A stretch of DNA of 64,000 nt from Eledone cirrhosa (GCA_964016885.1 OZ024740.1:412858001-412922000), one strand, 5' to 3'. Shown: positions 27,616 through 41,768, counted from the first letter of the stretch. A program made the numbers and translations. The notes: generated by a model not told the origin, from the letters alone.

Positions 27616-29058
27616 GTTAATTTAATTTATTCGGTCCTCAATGTTGCCATTGACTGACCAACGGTCAAAGATACAGATACAATATAGACACAAACACATA
27701 TATATAGTTTATCAAAGTTCTTTCGTTGCACATCTGCAACATCGTCAGTGGCGCTATTGTCTCCTCCCGTTACATTGTATGTACACTTACACACATACGT
27801 AAATATGGCTGTAATATACATAATTATATTTGTATACTCTCTTCTTAAATCTACCATAATCACCATTCTATCGGTGCGATTAATTTTTCCTTTTGTCTGT
27901 AATATAATATCGCACATGTTCGCCAACGGTGATGCTAAGAAAAATATCTTCGCATTTGATGAATACCATAATATTTCAATTAATGAATTAATACGAAACA
28001 CTGATTGTATGTTTAAGAAAATATTCTTTAATGAACCATGATTTTTCATTATTTTTCTTTATATCGCTATGGATACTATTCTTGTGTCTCATTATCTTTT
28101 CTTTAACGAACAGAAAATCAAATTCTGTTCGCACAATTGTGCAATCATATTTTTCATTACTTCGTATTTTTCTATAGACTTCTTTTATATGTAATGGGAG
28201 TGGCATTAACGCAAGCATTGATACCCCAAGTGATAAATGCGGCTATGTTTAATTTATTTGGCTACGTTGCGCCACAGATACAATTTTCACACTCACTCAC
28301 TAATTAATATGAGAGTTTAATCAAGGAATATACTCTAACGCGAAGAACGGGATTCCTCATTGCCATCTCCTGACATATATTAGGAAACTTGCCAGCACTG
28401 GTTGGTAACGAAATACGCATTAATCAATAATTGGTTTTCTTTTGGTCAGGGGTCTTACACATTTCCGTGGCCCAGAAAATTTGATTAGCAAGTCATCTTG
28501 CAAATTGTCTAAGATATATTGTTATTTAATAATTCGTACTATTAACGTCTTCTTCGTGGATGTATCACTTTTATAAATATTTAAAATATATTTCGTTCGG
28601 TATTGTCTATTATAGTTGTAAAGTGTCTTATTGTTGGCTGTGTATATAGTTAGTGTCGATTTAGGTCTAGAAATATTTACACATAAACAATTGGAAAGGC
28701 ATATTGTATGCATGAGATACCTTTCTATGTAGAGAATTCTAGCTGAGCATTAAACCTATGTTACGTATATTACTAAGAATAAGACACTTGATTAAGTAGT
28801 ATAGATGCAGATATAGATTTTTAACTGACTAATAAGAATTCATATTTCGAGGAGTATGGTTCATTCTTTTGTCTAAAGTTATTGACGAGTAGATTACTCA
28901 TTCCTTTCGGAAATGACGAAGGGCAATGCAGAAAAATGAACGGGTGTCACACATGCACTCCCATCATTCTTGGATATCTGAGAATATATTTTCTTTGTGG
29001 CATTTTGCAGACGGTGTGGTGAGATTTTAGATTTTCTATTAGCTATTCCTGGTAGAAG

Positions 29059-29105
<47 letters not shown>

Positions 29106-29106
29106 T

Positions 29107-29740
29107 ATGGAAAAGAATGAAACGAAATTTCATTTCTCACACTTAGTACGGCTGATACCTAAATATAAGTATGTATACGTACATATGTGTGCAGACGCAC
29201 AGTAGTATGTATATATATACATACATGCACATATATATATGTACGTATGGGTTTACAGAACATTTATTATAATGTTCGGTTTGTTTGTAAACAAAACAGC
29301 CCGAATTACGCCGTACAGTGCTCGGCAAACATCGTCGCCCTTTTGTTCAATACTGACACAGGAACGATGTACTAGTTTCAAGCTTATTAGCTATCGTCAT
29401 TATAATAACTATTCGGTAAACCAATACGTACATATATATATGTGTCTATGTATGTATATATATACATACTACTGTGCGTCTGTACACATATATGTATGTA
29501 CGTATACATACTTATATTTAGGTATCAGTCGTACTAAGAGTGAGAAATGAAATTTCGTTTCATTCTTTACCATTTATCGTCTTCGGTATGCCCGGCCAAC
29601 TAACTCACTCGATATGCAAATTAGGCTGCTCAGCCGTTAATATGCATAAGGAGAGTATATACTTTCAAACCTTCAATCATCTGACAGAAAGGTATACGAT
29701 GCTGACGATAGCTAATAAGCTTGAAACTAGTACATCGATA
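29107..29740. mobile_element. Two-arm hammerhead element with circularly permuted arms
   Basis: Inverted repeat 29107-29274/29398-29573 and a second inverted pair 29365-29399/29703-29737. Confidence 0.8.
29697..29737 (+). ncRNA. Minimal type I hammerhead ribozyme
   Basis: CGAUG-CUGACGA-U-AGCU-AAUA-AGCU-U-GAAA-CUAG-UA-CAUCG; stem III is palindromic. Confidence 0.8.
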
Positions 29741-30297
29741 TATCTTATCTCGCGCGTGTGTGTGTGTTTGTATGTGTGTGGCGTTGGTTAACCCAATATT
29801 TCCAATTTACATCGTCAAATTGAGATTTGACCGACAAAACTTCTGTTGCTTTGTGAACTAACTTTCCGTGAGTGCTGTGTTGGTACATTCTTATATTTAT
29901 TTTATTATATTTGTATTTTTTTTCTCGGAGTTCGCTTCGGTGTTTTGGAAAGTGTGTGTGTACCCACCCACGCTAATTCTACGGGTTCAATACTGTGTGG
30001 ATGTGTGTATATATGTGTATATATTTTTCTTTGACCTCGAGCCGATGTATGTAGGTGTGGAGTGTGTGTGTACCCACTCACTTTTAACTGTGACTGACTG
30101 TATACCTACAGATTTGATTGATGTCCAGCGTCTTTTGCAGCGATAGAAATCTGAAAACTTTTCTGACCCCAACTAAAGCTAATACCAGTCGCCTTGTCTC
30201 TGACTGACGTGTGTGTCTCCATATGAGGAAATGAATTCTGTGAGAGAACATCGTTATTTTTTCTCCCTCATATCAAGAATTTTAAGACAATTCAGTT

Positions 30298-30371
30298 TCA
30301 CCTGATGAGATCAGTGCTAATCGATCATGGCTTCACAATCGATCTATCTCTTATTGAAACATGTGTCGTGA
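30298..30371 (+). ncRNA. Type I hammerhead motif
   Basis: UCAC-CUGAUGA-[irregular stem II]-GAAAC-AUGU-GUC-GUGA. Confidence 0.6.
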
Positions 30372-30576
30372 TTAAATGATTGGAATTTTACATTGCCTTC
30401 GGATTTTCATTTTGATACTTATCCTCCGTTTTACATCATCTAGCTGTTCCCTTGAATGTAATCGGAGATATACAAAGGCGTGGAGAACTTAATATTGCTA
30501 ACATAAAGTTATTGGACCATTTTACACAACCAATAATGCACATTACTATATAACAACTATATATATATATATATAG

Positions 30577-30935
30577 TTAAAAGAGAAAACACAGGTAAGC
30601 ATTAAGAGAAGGATTTTATCCAGGTATTTACGACCATTTCATTGGTAAGTGCAAACTTATAATGCTATACTGCAAATAGCAACCACTCAATTATAATTGT
30701 TGTTCACAGTCGAAATTTTCAAAATAGTGAGTAAGTTACTCTTGAAATAATTCTTAATATATAGAGAAAAACATTTATTTGGAATTGTATTTACTAGTAT
30801 ATATAGAGAGGAATCAGAAGGTGAGGGGACAAACGGAAAAGAATGGAGAGAGAGGAAGGGGGAAGAGGTAGGAAGTAGAGTGACAAACTGAGATGGAGGG
30901 AGGGGTAGGGGTGGAAGGATTCCTTGGTCCTTACT
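30577..30935 (-). mobile_element. pLTR fragment of the 43851-46568 PLE family
   Basis: Colinear match to ~43851-44188. Confidence 0.8.
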
Positions 30936-30951
30936 AAATATATATATATAT

Positions 30952-32128
30952 AGGAAAAAAGATGAAATCGAAAATGCAATTTGAGTCTTATTTAAAAAAA
31001 TATATATATATTTATTTGGTTCCTTTACCGGTTTCGCAGTTCTTCTGCTTTTCAAAAGTAGAGTTGAGATGGAGGGTCTGTGGTTTTTCTCACATCTGGT
31101 TGGTCTCTGAATGTTACTTGTTTTATAGGGAAAAATTGGCTCGAAACGCTAGGTCTTTAGAGAAGTAATTTGATTGGTTGGTCAATAATTATAATAAATT
31201 TCGCGCCAGTTTGCGTTACAAAGTTCTTCAATCAAGAGGGGGGGGGAGTGCCACAGGTTATTTTTTCATATATGAGTGTTTGAATTTCTTTTTACTTTAA
31301 AAAAGGGGGGCTCACGAAGGCTTTTTTTAATAAACGTAATTTGATTGGTTATAAATGAAATTATGGTTGTCACGTGAACAAGTTCTCAATAAATTTTCGC
31401 GCCCTTATTTGGAAATCCATTATGTAGCCTTTTTAGAGAATGTTATTACAAGTAAAAGATAATGGTCGAGAGAAATTGGATGGAAGAATTGTTCTAACCA
31501 TATTCACTGAACCAGAACAATTTTCTCATCCCATTTCTCTTGACCATTATCTTTTACTTGTCATAAAATTCTCTAAAAAGGCTACAGAATGGATTTCCAA
31601 ATAAGGACGCGAAAATTTAATGAAAAGGTGTTCACGTGACAACCATAATTTCATTTATAACCAATCAAATTACGTTTATTACAAAAAAAACGTTCGTGAG
31701 CCACCTTTTTATTAAGTAAAAAGAAATTCAAACACTCATATATGAAAAAACAACCTGTGAAACTCCCCCCCCCCTCTTGTTTGAAGAACTTTGTAACGCG
31801 AACTGGCGCGAAATTTATTATAATTATTGACTAACCAATCAAATTACTTCTCTAAAAACCTGGCATTTCGAGCCACTTTTTCCATATAAAACAAGTAACA
31901 TTCAGAGACCAATCAGATGTGAGAAAAACCACAGACCCTCCATCTCAACTCTACTTTTGAAAAGCAGAAGAACTGCGAAACCGGTAAAGGAACCAAATAA
32001 ATATATATATATTTTTTTTAAATAAGACTCCAGTTGCATTTTCGATTTCATCTTTTTTTCTTTATACTTTTACTCGTGTAGGACACCTCGGTTATTTTTC
32101 ATTTTGCAAAAAAAAACCTCACTTTCTA

Positions 32129-32130
<2 letters not shown>
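30952..32130. mobile_element. ~550-bp-arm palindromic element with a hammerhead in each arm
   Basis: 30952-31495 inverts to 31513-32060; the right arm has ~70 extra nt; TA flanks. Confidence 0.85.
31954..31989 (+). ncRNA. Minimal hammerhead, U3-A8 variant
   Basis: CUU-UUGAAAA-GCAG-AAGAA-CUGC-GAAA-CCGG-UA-AAG; identical mirror on the minus strand at 31023-31058. Confidence 0.75.
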
Positions 32131-32195
<65 letters not shown>

Positions 32196-32531
32196 GTATA
32201 AAATCAATACAATTACCTCATTACCAGAGGTTTCCCGAATGAGGCGAATACGAAATAAACAACTTCATTCGTTCGTCAGACGAGGCAATATAAAACATGG
32301 GCAAATACTTAGAAAAACACATCAAGAAAATCAAAAAAAATATATAGATAAATGAAATAGAAATTGAAATATATAAAAATCTATCAAGAAAAATAGTTAG
32401 GTGTGTGTATGTGTATGTATATACGCTCACAGATATGCATATATGTATATATGCACATGTAAATGTATAGTTAGAAAGTGTGCGTAATTATAAAAATTTA
32501 GGGCAAATGTATCTATATGTCTGTATTATAC

Positions 32532-33163
32532 ACTAATTAATTTCTGAAAGGGAATAAACGTGGTTTCCGAATGGAACAACATGGAGAAAGTCCTTTCGTC
32601 ATCAGGGAAGTCTATTCTCAGCTAAGTTCCCACGCAATGCGTGGACACAGGGAACTTATACACAAATAATTCAGTGGATGGAAAAAAGCAAGCGAGGACT
32701 AAATTCCAGGACATTGAAAAAATCACTGCCTACTTGGTTGGTGGCAAATTCAAAAGAATCAATCACGTGACATCGAGGTTAATCAGTGAGGAGTGGGGTA
32801 TTAATAAGACAGTAGCCTGACTATTTCTATGAATCCTAGTAGTAGTTTTGGCAAATTTTTGCTCAACAAAATAATTTGGAGATAATTAAAAAGAATTTGT
32901 ATATCTACCAACATATATATACATGTGCATACCTATGCTAGCAAATATATAGGTTTTGTCTTAGTAACTTTGTGGTTCAATGCAAGAGGATGCAGAACAA
33001 TTATATGAAAGACGCAAAATAAGAAAATTATAAAAATTAACTTACTTACTAAAATTTCACTCCAACTAATTAGTTTCTGAAAGGGAATAAACATGGTTTC
33101 CGAATGGAACAACGTGGAGAAAGTCCTTTCGTCATCAGGGAAGTCTATTCTCAGCTAAGTTTC
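32532..33163. repeat. ~100-bp direct repeat pair
   Basis: 32532-32630 matches 33065-33163; the minus strand contains CUGAUGA-CGAA..UUCG-GAAA. Confidence 0.75.
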
Positions 33164-33164
33164 C

Positions 33165-33246
<82 letters not shown>

Positions 33247-33716
33247 CATGCATGTATGTATATGTGTGTGTGCATAGATGATGTGTTAATACTATACTAG
33301 AGTTGTGCCTTAAATGCATTTTAATTATGTAAATGCATATACTGTATAACTAAATAGAATTGTGCAACAAGAGTAAATTTGAACACGGCCGGGAAATTTC
33401 ATCGTCTACAACATATATCCTACTATAGCTTGTACAATTATATTCTCTCGGCTTACCACAGTATTCTGTACAAGATTACATCGTATTTTAGAACGATTAT
33501 ATATTGATGACAAGAGTAATTTAAGCTCTTTCAGCACAAAACAGACACGTAATATTTCTGCACTCGATGGTTTAGTCTCAATCTAAGACAATACTTTGAT
33601 TGTGTTAAAGATAAACTTAAATATTTATTATACTGGTAGACTTTGATTTTATCATACGTTCACATATGACATGGTTATCGAAAAACAAGTTCATAAACAT
33701 TTTTTATTGATATTAA

Positions 33717-33788
<72 letters not shown>

Positions 33789-33897
33789 GGTCTGTGTGTG
33801 TGTGTGTATTGAGAGTGGAAGGGGGAACGCAGGGGAGATATAAATATATCGCGAGTAGAAAAGAAAGGAAAAAAGAAATAAAACATTTTAGATAAAT

Positions 33898-33966
<69 letters not shown>

Positions 33967-34537
33967 GAAAGTTATATTTAAATTGTTGGGTTAACAACGA
34001 GTAAATATTTATAACTGATATAAAAGCACTCAACAAGTATTTGGAGTATATTTATGATATTAAATAAATGGAAACTATATTTATAAAACCATATTTATTT
34101 CATTATATATATTTCAGGGATATCATATTAACAATATGTTATGCCTTCTTCAGACAAAATACAATATAAACAGTCTTATAAATAAATAGATACGACATAC
34201 CTTTCAATCGACTTGCATTTGGGAAGTTGATTTGGCATATATATATATATATATATATAGATATATATATAAATGGATCGATAGATAGATAGATAGATAT
34301 GTTTCTTATTAGCCACAGGTGCACAAAAGAACGGGACAATTACAAAGGAAGAAGTTTACATACAATAAAAACGTGTCAAATATTATCACAAATGCAAATT
34401 AAAAGTTAATCGATTTTCCCCAATAGGGGGAGACAGTTCATATTGGTAGCACATACGCCCGAAAAAAATGTGCAACCCTTATCTCCAGGAGTACGAAGAG
34501 TTTGTACCCCTCTCCTCTCTTCATCTTTTTCCCTAAT

Positions 34538-37500
34538 CTAAAGGCTGATATAGAGAGAAGTCCCATGCACTCGGGCCATTCTCGCCACTTTCTTCCACCT
34601 TTCATAAAACTTGCTGGGGTACAGCGCCTCTCTCTCCATCCTGATTCTTCTTCCAAAGTGGTATTTGAAAAAAAGAATCAGTTGTTGGCCGGAGAGAAAG
34701 GTGTCTGACCTCAGCACCTTTAACCTCGTCCACCATACAACCTCTTTTGCCATAGCTATCACACAAATGAAAACCGCATCTCCTTCGTTTTTGAAGGAGG
34801 GTGGCGGTTTTATCATGATAATGGAGTCGGTGGTCAACCGGATTGGTCCCACCCGCGACAATATTCGTTCTACATAGCCCCACAGGTCGGTAACGCCTGG
34901 GCAGTGTATGAATGCGTGTGCGACGGTTTCTTCCTCTCGCACGCATCTCGGACAGATCTTTATCGAGGGGTTCCTGCCCGGGCTAATGTCTGTAGAGCTT
35001 GTCTCGAACTGGTAGAGCTCCTCGGTAGCACTGCCGAGCCAGGGACTTTTGGAAGTTGTCTATCGGTCCCGGGCGGAAGGTCCTACCGAACAGACTGGCC
35101 AGTTCGTCTTCCTCCACGCCTAGAGCTTCTCCGAGCGTGTCGTCGCACTTGCTGCGGATCAACCATCTATAGAATGACGAAGTGGAGTCTCTACTGTTCG
35201 CCAGGTCCGCCTACCAGAGAGCTGTGAGTGCCTGAGCACATTCGATGTGCCAGTCGCCCATTTTCCTCGGTCTTTGCTTGACCCAGGACTGCAGCTCGGT
35301 CAGCGAGACGAGTCGTGAAAAGGCTCGCTTCACGAACGGGGCCCACACCGGTTGTCCGGTGAGGAATACGTTAGGATGCCGCAGCCTAAGCGCGTGTTCG
35401 CGCATCATCAGCCACGGCATCCCCAGCTCTCCGCTGGAAGGGTGTTGGCAGCAGATGGATCTTCTCACCAAAGGAGCCCGCTTCTTCCGAAGGAATTGGA
35501 AGAGTGCGCACTCCATTTTGGTGAGCGTTTTGGCTGGACAAGGCGCGACGGTCAAGCGGTAGTAGATGACGGACACTATAAAAGTGTTCGCCACCTTCGC
35601 TACGACCTTTCAAGGATAGTTTGCACTCGGCCCAATTCTGGGTGAGTGCAAACACCTTGGCCGTCACCTCGTTCCAGTACTTCTCCACCTGGAGGTCCGG
35701 ACAAAACCAGACCCAGAACAGCTTCACCGGTCCTTCCGTCCAGCATCCGACGACGCCATCGGAAGACATCAGTTGGCCCCTCCACAATCCGAGTTGCAAA
35801 CCGATGGACTTCTCCCGGTTCAGATTAGCTCCTGTGAACCTTTCGTATTCCTTCAGTAAGGTGCCTACTTCCTCAATTTGCGAGGTGTACGACACCTTAA
35901 CTGTTATGTCGTCGGCGTAGGCCGACGCTGCTTTCCGCAGTCCCGGTTCTAGAGGGATGCGCTGCAATAGCTCCAACTTCCGCAGTAGTGGCTCGAGAGT
36001 CAGTACGTACAGAAAGGAGGAGAGAGGGCATCTCTGTCGCATGGATCGCGTGATATGGAACGGCTCCGAGAGGTAGCCGTTAACCTTGACCCTTGGGTAG
36101 ATGTTGCTGTTGTGCATTGCAGCAATCCAGCCCCTGAACACGGGTCCGAAGCCTACTGCCTCGAGCACCGCATCCAGGTAACGATGGTCAACACTATCGA
36201 AAGCCTTAGACTGATCCGAGTTGATCAGGGCCCCACCGAAGCCGGGATTACGCGCTACCTCTCTACGATGTATCGCATGAGGTGGAGGTTGTCGTGTATG
36301 GACATGGTCGGGATTGCGCATGTCTGCGCTTCTCCCACAAGGTTTTTGACGACAAGCGCCAGCCTCTTTGCCAACACCTTGGCAAAAATCTGTAACTGTG
36401 TTTAGCAGAGTTATGCGCCGGAAGTTGCCTATTTCATCCCTATTATTATCGTCCTTCCTGACTAGTGTGACTACGCCCCTGGTCACAGAACTAGGAATTC
36501 TCCCGTTCTGCTGCATGTTGCAGTAGACCGCTTCCAGGAGACGGAGAACAAGTCCGGCATTGCTACGTAAAATTCGTAGAGTAGACCGTCGAGACCTGGA
36601 GATTTGCGTTTGCTGCATTGGCTCAGCGTGTCCCCTATCTCAGCGGCTGAAATCGGCCTTTCGCAGAAATTCCCCTCGCTGTCCGAGAGTCGCGGTAGGC
36701 CGTCGAGGTATGGAACGAAAACCATAGCCATTCCCGCCGCGCCGCCCTGCCCGAGCAGCTGAGCAAAGTGCCACTGAAAGGCCTGCTTCGGTTCACGTTC
36801 ACGCCTCCGTCCTGGTCCTTCAAAGACCGAATCGTGGACTTGTTGCCACTTTTCACCTCCGTCACCCGGGTCCAGCTAACATCTTTGGCTCCCTCGTTAC
36901 CCAGAGCACGTATTTTGCTTCTGACAACGCAGCCCTCCTGCTTTGCGTCGGAGAACTGGTCCAAGGCCGTTCTCGTTGCTAGCACGCTGGCTACGTTGCC
37001 ACATCTAATTGCCTCTTCTATTTTATCTACCAGTTCCTTCTCGGTCCTATTTCTATCTAACGCTAATTCTTTACTAAAAATTTACGACGAGTCTAATCTA
37101 ACTTCCCTCTTGAGAGAGTACAACCATCTGTTGTTGACAATGGCCCCTGTCAAGTGCTGTTTAACTAAAGTGCTAATCCGCTTACTGTAAGCTTTGTTTG
37201 TCGGAAAGGACATGTTTAGCTTCCAGTAACCGGGTCCATGTCTATGGGTTCTATCAAGGTTGACCACTCCGGTCACCAACTTGTGATCCGAATAGTCAAT
37301 CATGAACATTCGTGGCCAGTTCAGAACAGACTGGCCAGTTCATCTTCCTCTACGCCTAGAGTTTCACCCAGCGCGTCGTCGCACTTGCTGCGGACCAACC
37401 CTCTATAGAATGACGAAGTGGAGTCTCCACTGATCGCCGAGTCCGCCTGCCAGAGGGGTGTGAGCGCCTGAGCACATTCGCGTGCCAGTCGCTCATTTTC

Positions 37501-39590
37501 CTCGGTCTTTGCTTGACCCAGGACTGCAGCTCGGTCAGCGAGACGAGTCATGGGAAGGCTCGCCTCATGAACGGGGCCCAACCCGGTTGTCCGGTGAGGA
37601 ATACGTACATATGCCGCAGCCTGAGCGCGTGTTTGCGCATCGTCAATCACGGCATCCACAGCCCTCCGTTGGTAGGGCGTTGGCAGCAGATGGATCTTCT
37701 CACCAAAGGAGCCCGCCTCTTCCAAAGGATCGGAAGAGCTCGCGCTCCATTCTGGCGAGCGTTTTGGCTGGACAAGGCACGTCGGTCAAGCGGTAGTAGA
37801 TGGCGGACGCTATAAAAGTGTTCGCCACCTCCGCTCGACCTTTCAAGGATAGTTTGCACTCGGCCCACTTCTGGGTGAGTGCAAAGACCTTGAGGTAGAG
37901 GTTGTCGTGTATGGACCTGGTCGGGATTGCGCATGTCTGCGCTTCTCCCACAAGGTTTTTGACGACAAGCGCCAGCCTTTTTGCCAACACCTTGGCCAAA
38001 ATCTGTAACTCTGTGTTTAGCAGCGTTATGGGCCGGAAGTTGCCTATGTCATCCCCCTTATTCTCGTCCTTCCTGATTAGTGTGACTACGCCCCCGGTTA
38101 CAGAACTGGGAATTCACCCGTTCTGTTGCCAGTTGCAGTAGGCCGCTTCCAGGAGACCGGAGAATAAGTCCGGCATTGTTACGTAAAATTCGTAGGGTAG
38201 ACCGTCGAGACCTGGAGATTTGCGTTGCCGCATTGGCTCAGCGCGTCCCCTATCTCAGTGGCTGAAATCGGCATTTCGCAGAACTTCGCCTCGCTGTCCG
38301 AGAGTCGCGGTATGCCGTCGAGGTATGGATCGAAATCCATAGCCACTCCCGGCGCCCCCCCCCCCCCCTCCCTGAACAGCCGAGCAAAGTGCCACTGAAA
38401 AGCCGCACACATCTGCTTCGGCTCACGTATCACGCGTCCGTTTTGGTCCTTCAAAGACCGAATTGTGGACTTGTTGCCACTTTTTGCCTCCGTCACTCGG
38501 GCCCAGCTAACAGCTTTGGCTCCCTCGTTTCCCAGAGCACGTATTTTGCTTCTGACAACGCAGCCCTCGTGCTTTGCGTCGAAGAACTGGTCCAAGGCCG
38601 TTCTCGTTGCTAGCACGCTGGCTACGTTGCCACTTCTAATTGCCTCTTCTACTTCATCTACCAGTTCCTTCTCGGTTCTATTTCTATCTAACGCTAATTC
38701 TTTACTAAAAACTATCGAGTCTAATCTAACTGCCCTCTTGAGAGAGTACCACCATCTGTTGTTGACAATGGCCCCTGTCAAGTGCTGTTTAACTAAAGTG
38801 ATAATCCGTCTACTGTAGGCTTTGCTTGTCGGTAACGACAAGTTCAGCTTACAGTAGCCGGATCCTTGTCTATGGGTTCTATCAAGGTTGGCCATGCAGG
38901 TCACTAGTTTGTGATCTGAATAGGCAACTATGAACATTTGTGGACAGCTTAACATGTCCCTATCCTTATTTCTAACTAGAACCCTATCTAGGTACGATCT
39001 AGATGTTCCGCTACGATTACTCCACGTCCAAAAAGCGCCGTCGGAAAATCTAATCGATATCTATCGGCCAGGTCAAATCGGTCGATTAACTGTTTCAGGC
39101 TGTTACACCCCCCTTTATCGGGACATGCTCCCACATAGTCCCAACGTGCATCTAGGATTCCATTCCAGTACCCCACTAGAAGCAAGGAGCGGGACGTTCC
39201 CAGAAAAGTCTCTAGACGTTTGAAGAAGTCTGGCCGCGGTGTCCCGGATGGGGCATATGCGGCCACCAGCCTGAAGGCTCCACCTTCACTACCGTCAACG
39301 TCTAGGACCACCAGTTGACCCTCCGGGTCCAGATGTACCGTCTGTGTTACGAGGCCCAGGTGTTTCCGCAGCAAAACGGCAACTCCGCCCCCACCCCCCG
39401 GTTGACAGAGAGATGCGTAGATCTCAAAGTCATCGAAGATGGGGGCCAGCTGTCGCTCGCCGTGGATCCTGGACTCGCAAATGGCTACCACATCCATACT
39501 GTGCGACCTGAGGTCATTTAAGAGTTTGCCCTGTTTACAGGGCATCCCCAGGCCGCGTACGTTCACACATCCAACTCTTATATTGGCCAT
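34538..39590 (-). pseudogene. Tx1 ORF2 (APE endonuclease plus RT), duplicated and disrupted
   Basis: CVNVRGL, AICES, SDHK, YWKLN, KSPGLDG, DQSKAFD, LEPLL, SAYADD, C..C..EET..H.F.HC. Confidence 0.85.
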
Positions 39591-39623
39591 GTTGGTGCTG
39601 AAAAGTTAAAAGAGGAAAAGAGA

Positions 39624-41551
39624 TCACTCACCCTTCGTCTCCTGGGGAGGCCGCACGATTTCCATGGGGGTTTTGGAGGGGTTGTCTGGATGGGTGGTGG
39701 TTTCCGGCAGGGTGGGGACGGAGATGTTTGGTGGGGTGGGGTCTGGTGGGATGGGGGTGTCTGGGGTGGGGAGACATTTGAGAAGGACGTGGTTGAGTGG
39801 TTTCACGCAGGAATTCCCCACATCCTTCTCAAATGTTTCTTTTAGGGATATAAGTTTGTATAGGGACCCTAATCAGTTTTAGGTTCAGTTTTTTGCTATT
39901 TTTAATAGAGTGGGCGAAAGTTTTCCCTTCGGTTTTCACCGAAGGGTCGTTCGTTCGTTACCGACAAGTGATGGTCTCCATTAGTGTTTTGCTTTCAGTG
40001 TTTATGTAAGTGTAAGTGTAATTTTCTTGTATTGTGTTTGTTTTTGTCTGTAGTTCTTGTGTGTGCTTTCGTTTTGTTGTAGGTATTCTGTTTTCAGGAG
40101 GTGGGAGTTTTGTTTGTGAGATTTTTGTTGTTTGTGTTGGTGGTTGTATGTTTGTGGTAGTGTTTGCTGGTTTTGGGCTTTTATGATGTCTTTTCTTTCT
40201 TTTCGAGCGATGGGGTTCTCCCTCGTCTTCACTGGGTGATGGCGACATACCCTCATCTGTTGTATCGTCTGTGTGATTGGGGACGGGTATGTCGTGGGGA
40301 GCTGTTGTGTCTGTATGTGATTTTGCAGTGGTTTTAGGTGGAGTGGGGTTGGGTGGGACTGTATTTGTTGTGGTTATTTTTGTGTGTTGGTGTTGTTGTT
40401 GTTGTGGTGGTGTTGGTGGTTGTGTGGTTTTGATGGGTGTCGGCAGAAGAGCCTTTCTTTGGTTCATTAATTTAGGACAGGAAGCCCTCAGGTGACCCCT
40501 GCTAAAGCAATGGTAACATGAAGGCCGCCTACCCTCAACCGAAAAGTTTATGTAGGTGAGTCCGTCCAGGAGTACACGCTGTGGGATCATAGCTATTCGC
40601 TCTGGGCTCATTTGCACCAGAACTTCAATGCTAGTCCCATTGAATACATTTCTGGGGGACTTGCCTACTGACAGTATTCTGTCTTCGTCAAAATTGATGA
40701 AGCCGCACAGTATCCACCATATGTTCTCCTTTGGTGTGACACTCGTGATTCTGATCTTTTGTGTCCTTTTTCCCATGTATCTAGGAAAAAAGGTGTACAG
40801 GTTGGATACAATTGGCGACACAGAGTAATTTTGGGCCGTCAATTGATCCTTCATGAGTACCGAAATACTCCCCAAAAGTGTGCTTCTTTGAATGAATGCA
40901 ATATCATTCATTGAATTTTTGAAAACCAGTTCAATTTCTTTCTGTAACAATTGGACTGGTTTTCGGGTAGAATTGGAAACTGTCCTAAAAACTATCGTTT
41001 TGAGAGCAGTTTCCTTGCGAATTTCTACAGGATAATTGATGCTGAAAGCACCATTTTTTTTTAAAACTGACTTATCTACTAGCGTCCTTTAAAAGTTGTT
41101 CAGCATTTGTTATGTCGAGATATATCAATTCTTCCTTTTTTTTAACTTTCTCTGCAAAGGAGATTTTTGGTTTCTTTGTGGAATCCGTATTGGTGGTGTT
41201 GTCATTATTGTTGTTATTGTTGTTGTTATTCTTGTTGTCACCGATGTTGGTATTATCCGTATTTTCCTCGGTATTGTTGTTGTCTCTGATGCTGGTGTTA
41301 TTGGTGTTGTCTTTATTTTTTTCTTTGTTGTTGTTATCATTGTTGCTTTTATTATCATTATTGGTGTTGCTGCTATTTTTGTTGTCATTGAATTGTTTGG
41401 TGTCATTTGTGTTGTTTGAATATGAATTCGTTTTTACATTTTCATTTCGTCTTTCCATCTCTATAGTATCTAGTGAAGAAGACGTTGTTGACTGCGAGCT
41501 TTGTAGTCTTACCGCCTCTCCACCACCATTATCGTTGGACGCAGCGTTCAT
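39624..41551 (-). pseudogene. Tx1 ORF1 (gag-like, zinc knuckle), frameshifted
   Basis: VEGRRPSCYHCFSRGHLRASCP; Asn-rich N-terminus and Pro/Thr-rich tail. Confidence 0.75.
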
Positions 41552-41768
41552 AACGTAATCACAATTTTACAATATATTTTCCAAGATTCGATGGAGAAAA
41601 AATTTTCAAATGCATATTCCGCCCCTGTAGGGGCGAAATGAGTTGACCCACCACCTGAAGGTTCAGACGGGGGGTCAAGTTACACAATGATATAAAATTT
41701 AACTAAAAACTCACGTTTTTTTCTTACATAAATTAACGGAAACTTCTCCGCGAAGTTACACACGTCTT

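Larger units (their letters stand above)
34299..41768 (-). mobile_element. Tx1/L1-clade non-LTR retrotransposon, composite of two related copies
   Basis: ORF1 with CCHC knuckle, ORF2 with APE, RT and Cys motif; (GATA)n on both sides. Confidence 0.85.

Noticed and set aside
27627-28218. Minus-strand ORFs as host exons or transposase
   Set aside because: No recognisable motif or splice structure.
41072-41558. Hydrophobic plus-strand ORFs as membrane proteins
   Set aside because: Antisense of the Asn-rich Tx1 ORF1 start.
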